This document shows, in pieces, positions 31,415 to 37,380 of a stretch of DNA of 37,380 nt; within the stretch, counting starts at the first letter, position 1; every line of letters begins with the position of its first letter. The notes under the pieces were generated by a model. The model saw nothing but the letters and a program-made list of their open reading frames with translations. It was not told the DNA's origin and did no database searches. Made by a program: the position numbers and the translations under genes. Where the stretch lies: the IMG/VR virus record IMGVR_UViG_3300010970_000064. The stretch is one strand, 5' to 3'. The DNA comes from a virus.

Positions 31415-31471
31415 AGAACTATGAAGAAATCTATGTCATTAAAAACACTAAGGATGTTTTTAACTAAGTAA

Positions 31472-31523
31472 GTTAACTATTATTAGTTATAACTTAGGTA
31501 GTTATACATTATAAGTTATAAAC
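31472..31523 (+). promoter_or_regulatory. Array of four GTTA(TA)AC-type palindromic sites at 14-15-bp spacing in the terminase-operon leader
   Basis: GTTAAC at 31472, GTTATAAC at 31486, GTTATAC at 31501 and GTTATAAAC at 31515. Confidence 0.6.
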
Positions 31524-31530
31524 TATATAC

Positions 31531-31548
31531 GTTTAACTTTAAAGTATA
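31531..31548 (+). promoter_or_regulatory. Conserved 18-nt element GTTTAACTTTAAAGTATA (plus-strand copy)
   Basis: It is the exact inverted copy of 27375-27392. It lies 38 nt upstream of ATG 31587 and is followed by the hairpin TGTGC-aaaaa-GCACA. Confidence 0.6.
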
Positions 31549-31586
31549 GTAGGGCTGTGCAAAAAGCACAATAACCTGAGAGGCTT

Positions 31587-32021
31587 ATGTCGGATAATAA
31601 AGAGATTGTTGTCGTCACGAACGAAGTGAGTGCTACTAACGTAGCGCCTGCGGCGAAACCAAAGGCTAAAATGGGTCGTCCTCGTAAGGAAGACTTAAAG
31701 AAAGCTAAAGCTCCTATTGGTCGTCCTAAGAATGATACCGGTAGACTAGCTGAGTTTAAGCAAAGACTACTAGGCACTAGCGGCTCTGCAGTAATTGAAA
31801 AGATTATACAGATCGGGCAAGATGATGATCATCCCGGTCAGATGGCAGCATTGAAGATGGCTATGGATCGTATCCTACCATTGTCAATGTTTGAAAAGGA
31901 CGCTAAAGGTCAGCGTAACGCAATACAAATCAATATCACTGGTATTGGTGAAGCTAAGATTGAATCTACTACAGATTTGTCTGACGATGTTATAGACATG
32001 GAAGACGAAGATGAAGCTTGA
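31587..32021 (+). CDS. Putative terminase small subunit
   Basis: 144 aa immediately upstream of, and overlapping, the large terminase gene. It has basic GRPRK/GRPK motifs and an acidic C-terminal tail. Confidence 0.5.
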   Translation: MSDNKEIVVVTNEVSATNVAPAAKPKAKMGRPRKEDLKKAKAPIGRPKNDTGRLAEFKQRLLGTSGSAVIEKIIQIGQDDDHPGQMAALKMAMDRILPLSMFEKDAKGQRNAIQINITGIGEAKIESTTDLSDDVIDMEDEDEA

Positions 32022-33264
32022 TTTTGAGTTGTTGCCTTGGCAGCAGGAGGTCTACAAAGACCAAAGCCGATTCAAGGTAATTGTTGCTGGTCGTCGCTGC
32101 GGTAAGTCGAGACTATCTGCGATCAGCTTAATTGTAGAAGGACTCAAGTGTCCCAAAGGATCTGCTGTAATGTATGTCGCCCCAACGCAAGGGCAGGCTC
32201 GGCAGATTATCTGGGATGTCTTAATGGATTTAGGTCGTGATGTTATCGCTGCTAGTCACGTTAACAACATGGACATTACACTTGTTAACGGAGCTAAGAT
32301 TTATGTTCGAGGTTCTGACCGACCTGATACTCTTCGTGGTGTCAGTCTTACTTATTTGGTCCTTGACGAAGTAGCTGACATTAAGAGTGAGACTTGGGAA
32401 AAGGTATTAAGAGCGTCTCTTTCTGATAAAAAAGGTTCTGCCCTGTTTATCGGTACTCCTAAAGGACGTAACTGGTTCTACGATATGTACAACCTAGGTC
32501 TTGCAGAAGATGATAAAGATTGGAAGTCTTGGCACTTCACCACTAAAGATAATCCACTGATTGATCCAGAAGAGATTGAAGGTGCAAGAAAGAGTTTAAG
32601 TAGCTTTGCTTTCAAGCAAGAATACGAAGCCAGTTTCGATAATGCTGGTACTGATACCTTTAAGGAAGCTTGGCTAAAGTATGGAGAAGAACCCAAATAC
32701 GGTTCATATTATATTGCTATTGACTTGGCTGGCTTTGAGAACATCAATAATTCAACGGAACGTAAAAAGCGTTTGGACAAAACTGCCATCGCTGTGGTTA
32801 AAGTTGACGAAGATGGTGACTGGTTTGTACACAAGATTGAAACAGGTCGTTGGGACGTTCAAGAGACCGCCAGACGCATCCTGAAGAACATAGCTGAGTT
32901 TAAACCGATGGCTGTAGGGATAGAGCGTGGTAGTCTTAAAAATGCTGTGTTGCCCTATCTAAGCGATCTGATGCGATCTAATAATGTGTTTGCTCATATC
33001 CATGATCTGACACATGGTAACAAAAAGAAAACAGAACGTGTAGTGTGGGCTTTGCAAGGACGCTTTGAGCATGGCAAAGTTATTCTCAATGAAGATGAAG
33101 ACTGGGCTGACTTTAAGGATGAGTTCCTGATGTTTCCTACTCCACAAGTGCATGATGACTTAATTGACGCTTTAAGCTATATCGATCAACTAGCTGTAAC
33201 CTCGTACTTTAGTGACGATAACTCTGACGAGTACGAACCTTTAGACACCATCTCAGCCTACTAA
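32011..33264 (+). CDS. Terminase large subunit
   Basis: Walker A VAGRRCGKS, Walker B YLVLDEVAD, and a C-terminal nuclease motif VHDDLIDALSY. Confidence 0.9.
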   Translation: MKLDFELLPWQQEVYKDQSRFKVIVAGRRCGKSRLSAISLIVEGLKCPKGSAVMYVAPTQGQARQIIWDVLMDLGRDVIAASHVNNMDITLVNGAKIYVRGSDRPDTLRGVSLTYLVLDEVADIKSETWEKVLRASLSDKKGSALFIGTPKGRNWFYDMYNLGLAEDDKDWKSWHFTTKDNPLIDPEEIEGARKSLSSFAFKQEYEASFDNAGTDTFKEAWLKYGEEPKYGSYYIAIDLAGFENINNSTERKKRLDKTAIAVVKVDEDGDWFVHKIETGRWDVQETARRILKNIAEFKPMAVGIERGSLKNAVLPYLSDLMRSNNVFAHIHDLTHGNKKKTERVVWALQGRFEHGKVILNEDEDWADFKDEFLMFPTPQVHDDLIDALSYIDQLAVTSYFSDDNSDEYEPLDTISAY

Positions 33265-33271
33265 GGAAAAT

Positions 33272-33520
33272 ATGTACGATAAAGAAAATGAATTTGTTCC
33301 TCTAAACTTTGAAACACTTAGCAAGAACCCAGAAGTTTGGGAAGTGATTAAAGAAGAGTTGAACTATCTTAGTGGCGACTGTTTGATGAAAATCATTACT
33401 GCTGCTAAAGAAGCTGGCATGAAAGATAAAGACATCTTCTTTCCTGCAGTTGAAAACATCGAGATTGAATTTGAAGATCCGTTTGCTTCATCTATCAAAG
33501 ATTCAACTAAGGAAGACTAA
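33272..33520 (+). CDS. Small acidic hypothetical protein (82 aa)
   Basis: An ORF between the terminase and portal genes. Confidence 0.5.
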   Translation: MYDKENEFVPLNFETLSKNPEVWEVIKEELNYLSGDCLMKIITAAKEAGMKDKDIFFPAVENIEIEFEDPFASSIKDSTKED

Positions 33521-33522
33521 GA

Positions 33523-35517
33523 ATGCCAGATAAAGCCATCGACCAAAAGCTATCCAGATTTGAAGAAGCGGAAGAGACCGCTAAGGATAAAGACCTAATT
33601 GAATTCGTTCTCGCCCATTGCGATGAATGGAGAAACCACCGTGACACTAACTACCTTCCTTACTGGGATGAGTACGAGCGTATGTTCCGTGGTATCTGGG
33701 CAGCAGAAGACAAGATGCGTGAATCAGAGCGTTCACGTCTTGTTACTCCAGCGATGCAACAAGCTATCGAAGCTAAACAAGCTGAGATTTCAGAAGCTGT
33801 GTTTGGTCGTGGTGAGTGGTTTGATATTGCTGACGATGTACAAGACCAAGATCCTATGGATGTGGCTCTTACACGTACACAGATGCACGAAGACTTTAAA
33901 CGCAGTCGCATCAAGAAAGCAGTTGACGATGTTATCCTGTTAGCTGAGCTATATGGTACAGGTATCGGTGAGATTGTTGTTAATGAAGAGACTGTATTGT
34001 CTCCTGCAACACAACCTATTCCAGGTGCTTCAGTAGCTGCTATCGGTGTAATGGAGAAGAAGCAGTTCATGGTTGGTTTAAATGCTATCAACCCACGTAA
34101 CTTCTTGATCGACCCTAACGCTATTACTGTCGAAGATTCCCTTGGTGTAGCGATTGAAGAGTATATGTCTTACTATACTATCATCGAAGGCATTGAGAAC
34201 AAGATTTATCGTAAAGTAGGTATTACTCCTAGCTATCGTTCTACAGACTTAGAGCGTACACAGGAAGAGTCTCCTTCACGTATCGATAAGTTACCTGTTA
34301 TCCGTTGGTACGGTAAAGTTCCACGTTCAATGCTTGAAGGTCTAGAAAAGGGTGAGAAGCCAGCAGTTCTTTTCCCTGAAGACTCAGCACCGTCAGAGTA
34401 CACAGATATGGTTGAGGCAGTAATCGTTATTGCTGACAACCAATACCTCCTCAAAGCTGAGGAAAGCCCTTACATGATGAAAGATCGTCCTGTAGTAGCT
34501 TACCAAGCTGACTCGATGCCAGGTCGTTTCTGGGGTCGTGGTACAACTGAGAAGGGCTACAATATGCAAAAGGCACTCGATGCCCAGATGCGTAGCCATT
34601 TAGATTCATTAGCATTAACTACAGCGCCAATGATGGCGATGGATGCAACAAGATTACCACGTGGCGCTAAGTATGAAGTACGTCCTGGTAAGAACTTCTT
34701 GGTGAACGGTAATCCAGCAGAGATTATGATGCCGTTTAAGTTCGGTTCTACCGACACCGGTAATATGCAGACCGCCCAGGCATTCCAACAGATGCTATTA
34801 CAAGCAACTGGTACATTGGATAGCTCCCAAATGCCATCACAAGTGGCAGGCGGAGAAGCGTCTGGTGCTGGTTTGTCTATGGCTTTGTCAGGTTTGATGA
34901 AGAAAAACAAACGTGCATTGATCAACTTCCAAGAAGATTTCTTAATTCCATTCATTACTAAGGCTGCTTATCGCTTTATGCAGTTCGATCCTGAGCGTTA
35001 TCCAGTTCAAGACTTCAAATTCCAACCTATTTCTACCCTTGGTATGGTTGCACGTGAGTATGAACAGCAACAAATGATTGGTTTAATGCAGACACTGGGA
35101 CCACAAAGCCCAATTACTCCTGTATTGCTCCAAGGTATTATACAGAGTTCATCGCTGTCTAATAGAGACGCTATTGTTGCTCAACTGCAGCAGATGTCAC
35201 AGCCTGATCCAGCACAAGCTCAGATGGCTCAACAGGCTGCTGAGATGGATATGCAGCTCAAAGGCTCACAAATTGAGTACTACACCTCTTCTGCAGAGAA
35301 GAATCGTGCTGATGCTCAGAAGAAGACTGTTGAAGCTCAGATTATGCCTCAAGAAGCTGAAGCTAAGATGATTGGTAACATCTCTCGTGGTTCTTCAGAC
35401 ACTGTTGACTTCGATAAACGAGTCAAGGTAGCTGAACTAGCACTAAAAGAAGAATCAATCAAGTCTGGTGAACGCATTACCGCTATGCAAATGGCTGGCA
35501 AACAACAGAAACAATAA
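33523..35517 (+). CDS. Portal protein
   Basis: 664 aa, placed directly after the terminase genes and before the scaffold and capsid genes. The call rests on size and synteny. Confidence 0.7.
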   Translation: MPDKAIDQKLSRFEEAEETAKDKDLIEFVLAHCDEWRNHRDTNYLPYWDEYERMFRGIWAAEDKMRESERSRLVTPAMQQAIEAKQAEISEAVFGRGEWFDIADDVQDQDPMDVALTRTQMHEDFKRSRIKKAVDDVILLAELYGTGIGEIVVNEETVLSPATQPIPGASVAAIGVMEKKQFMVGLNAINPRNFLIDPNAITVEDSLGVAIEEYMSYYTIIEGIENKIYRKVGITPSYRSTDLERTQEESPSRIDKLPVIRWYGKVPRSMLEGLEKGEKPAVLFPEDSAPSEYTDMVEAVIVIADNQYLLKAEESPYMMKDRPVVAYQADSMPGRFWGRGTTEKGYNMQKALDAQMRSHLDSLALTTAPMMAMDATRLPRGAKYEVRPGKNFLVNGNPAEIMMPFKFGSTDTGNMQTAQAFQQMLLQATGTLDSSQMPSQVAGGEASGAGLSMALSGLMKKNKRALINFQEDFLIPFITKAAYRFMQFDPERYPVQDFKFQPISTLGMVAREYEQQQMIGLMQTLGPQSPITPVLLQGIIQSSSLSNRDAIVAQLQQMSQPDPAQAQMAQQAAEMDMQLKGSQIEYYTSSAEKNRADAQKKTVEAQIMPQEAEAKMIGNISRGSSDTVDFDKRVKVAELALKEESIKSGERITAMQMAGKQQKQ

Positions 35518-35534
35518 AAAAGCAGAAAAAGCTC

Positions 35535-35563
35535 TTGACAAACTGACAGAAACGTGTTATAAT
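35535..35563 (+). promoter_or_regulatory. Perfect-consensus sigma70 promoter TTGACA-N17-TATAAT upstream of the scaffold/capsid genes
   Basis: TTGACA at 35535-35540, 17-nt spacer, TATAAT at 35558-35563. There is an A-rich tract upstream and a CTATAG site just downstream of the -10 box. Confidence 0.8.
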
Positions 35564-35616
35564 GTATCTATAGCGGTACTTATAACACAATTTCTTCCTT
35601 ATGTTAAGGGCAAAGA

Positions 35617-35874
35617 ATGCAAAAAGAATTACAAGATTATTACGAGAATAGATTCTCAATGATGACTACTCAGGGATGGCAAGACCTCCTTGAAGACTTA
35701 GAAATCATGATTAAAGCTACAGATACGTTGGCTGGAATCGATTCAGAGAAGCAACTGTACTTCAAAAAAGGTGAAATGTCAATTCTTAATTGGCTAAAGA
35801 ACCTTCGAGATGCAAGTGCTGAAGTATACGACCAACTCCAAGCGGAGGAACTCGATGCCGAGACGCTTGTTTGA
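35617..35874 (+). CDS. Hypothetical protein (85 aa)
   Basis: It is the first ORF after the promoter at 35535. Confidence 0.5.
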   Translation: MQKELQDYYENRFSMMTTQGWQDLLEDLEIMIKATDTLAGIDSEKQLYFKKGEMSILNWLKNLRDASAEVYDQLQAEELDAETLV

Positions 35875-36100
35875 GTTTAAATGTAACAAAGATCATATCA
35901 CGGAGCAGTTCGTCGACGAGACGATTAAAACTTCTCCGTGTCGTGAGTGTGACGAGATGGCGACTCGTATTATCTCTCCCACTGGTATCTATTTAGAACC
36001 GTTTAGTGGGCAGTACCCTGGGGCTTATGACCGGTGGACTCGGGTGAGAGCTGAGAAGCACGCATTAGAGGTAAAAAGAAACGCTGAACACGGTTCATAA
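35855..36100 (+). CDS. Zinc-ribbon-like small protein (81 aa, FmdB-like)
   Basis: The ATG at 35855 is preceded by GGAGGA. Motif: FEFKCNKDH...SPCRECDEMATRIISP. The track start at 35810 lacks an RBS. Confidence 0.5.
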   Translation: MPRRLFEFKCNKDHITEQFVDETIKTSPCRECDEMATRIISPTGIYLEPFSGQYPGAYDRWTRVRAEKHALEVKRNAEHGS

Positions 36101-36159
36101 GTAGTGACGTTACTACCGAACCATTTTTAAAACATCCTACAATCTTTACGACAGGAGAC

Positions 36160-36966
36160 ATGATGGCTGAAATCATTGAAGTGCAAGACGACAACGGTAA
36201 CATTGATAATTTACCACAGAATACAACGAACGAACCTGCCCAAGCAGACAACTCAGTTCAGAGTGTAGCAGACGAAGCGGCAGTCCCAGAGAAGTATAAG
36301 GGTAAATCCTTAGATGAGATTGTTAAGATGCATCAAGAGGCTGAAAAGCTGATTGGTCGTCAAGCTCAGGAAGTGGGTGAAGTTAGAAAGTTAGCGGACG
36401 AGTTGATCAAGCAACAACTCAATACCAACAAGCAAGACACGCAGCCACGTGCCGAAGATAACGAGATAGATTACTTTGCTGACCCCGATAAGGCAGTAAA
36501 TCATGCAGTAGAAAATAACCCAGTTGTTCGTCAGTTACGTGAACAGCAGGAAGCTCAGATTAGACAACAAGCTGCATCGCAGTTACAGTCTAAGTTTCCG
36601 AACTTCCAAGAGGTTGTAGCTTCTGATGATTTCGCTAATTGGATCAAGACTTCTAAAGTACGCTTAGATTTGTTTGCAAAAGCTAACAATTATGACTACG
36701 ATTCAGCAGAAGAATTGCTTGATACTTATACACAGCTTCGTGGTGTAAAAGCTCAACAAGCAGATGATGCTCTGAAACAAGGTGAAACTGTTAAACGTAA
36801 CCAAACATTGAAAGCCGCTGCTGTACAGAAGGGCGGATCAGGGGAAGTAGGCAAACCTATTTATAGACGTGTCGATTTAATTCGTTTAAGAATGCAAGAC
36901 CCAGAGAGATACAATGCCATGCAAGATGATATTATGGCAGCGTATAACGAAGGTCGAGTAAAATAA
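36160..36966 (+). CDS. Scaffolding protein
   Basis: About 267 aa, rich in Gln, Glu, Lys and Ala and predicted helical, lying between the portal and capsid genes. SD spacing (AGGAGA) favours the second ATG at 36163. Confidence 0.6.
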   Translation: MMAEIIEVQDDNGNIDNLPQNTTNEPAQADNSVQSVADEAAVPEKYKGKSLDEIVKMHQEAEKLIGRQAQEVGEVRKLADELIKQQLNTNKQDTQPRAEDNEIDYFADPDKAVNHAVENNPVVRQLREQQEAQIRQQAASQLQSKFPNFQEVVASDDFANWIKTSKVRLDLFAKANNYDYDSAEELLDTYTQLRGVKAQQADDALKQGETVKRNQTLKAAAVQKGGSGEVGKPIYRRVDLIRLRMQDPERYNAMQDDIMAAYNEGRVK

Positions 36967-36993
36967 TTTTATTTAATTTAGGAGATTTTAAAA

Positions 36994-37380
36994 ATGGCTT
37001 TCGGTGATAACAATCAAACAATAACAACAGCGAATAAGTTCATTCCAGAAATTTGGAGTGACGAGGTCGTAGCAACATACAAAAAGAACTTGGTTCTTGC
37101 AAACCTCATCAAAAAAATGTCTTTCAAAGGCAAAAAAGGTGACTCACTGCATATTCCAAAACCAGGACGTGGCAATGCAAACGCTAAGACTGCAGCTACT
37201 CAAGTAACTTTGAACGTAGACACAGCAACTGAAGTTGTAGTATCTATCGACCAACATTGGGAATATTCAATCTTGATCGAAGACATCGTAGAAGCTCAAG
37301 CTTTGGCTTCTATGCGTCAGTTCTACACTGATGATGCTGGTTATGCATTGGCTCGTAAGGTTGACAGCAAGTTGATCGAA
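36994..37380 (+). CDS. Major capsid protein, N-terminal part (the ORF continues at nt 1-592 across the circular junction)
   Basis: AGGAGA lies 8 nt upstream of the ATG. The N-terminus MAFGDNNQTITTANKFIPEIWSDEV is typical of HK97-fold podovirus capsid proteins. There is no stop before the window end. Confidence 0.8.
   Translation, partial: MAFGDNNQTITTANKFIPEIWSDEVVATYKKNLVLANLIKKMSFKGKKGDSLHIPKPGRGNANAKTAATQVTLNVDTATEVVVSIDQHWEYSILIEDIVEAQALASMRQFYTDDAGYALARKVDSKLIE
37326..37380. repeat. Exact 55-nt duplicate of nt 1-55
   Basis: Direct comparison of the two ends. Confidence 0.95.

Noticed and set aside
36101-36130. Hairpin GTAGT-gacgtt-ACTAC followed by CCATTTTT, as a possible terminator before the scaffold gene.
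   Set aside because: The stem is only 5 bp and AT-containing, and the T-run is separated from it by 7 nt. This is too weak to call.
1-37380. Lysogeny module (integrase, repressor, att site), transposases and homing endonucleases.
   Set aside because: I found no ORF with recognisable integrase, recombinase, CI-like or HNH/GIY-YIG motifs, so the genome looks strictly lytic. A divergent small repressor among the unassigned ORFs cannot be excluded.

Overview
The window is a complete, circularly closed phage genome. Nt 1-55 are identical to nt 37326-37380, giving a unit length of 37,325 bp, and the break falls inside the major capsid gene. The layout resembles a T7-supergroup podovirus, but I found no phage RNA polymerase, integrase or repressor. 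Transcription appears to rely on host sigma70-type promoters, three of which match the consensus perfectly.

There are two divergent arms. The minus arm (30743 down to 15927) holds early and DNA-metabolism genes:
- a GP88-like protein, many small ORFs and a compact C5-methyltransferase-like protein
- gp4-type primase-helicase, family A DNA polymerase and gp2.5-like SSB
- FEN-type 5'-3' exonuclease, a resolvase-like nuclease, a DnaQ-like exonuclease, a DUF3310 protein and a lone class II-type ribonucleotide reductase

The plus arm (31587 across the junction to 15896) holds late genes:
- small and large terminase, portal, scaffold and major capsid
- tail fibre, followed by a block of accessory genes that includes a compact flavin-dependent halogenase homologue
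- a lysis cassette of pinholin-like protein, SAR endolysin and embedded Rz/Rz1 spanins
- tail tube proteins, a glycine-rich fibre and three internal virion proteins, the last with an SLT domain

The arms converge on a bidirectional terminator (15904-15921). They diverge from an ~840-bp non-coding hub (30744-31586) dense in direct repeats, CTATAG palindromes and operator-like sites.

The spanins and SAR endolysin indicate a Gram-negative host. All functional calls come from motifs I recognised by eye and from synteny. No database search was run.
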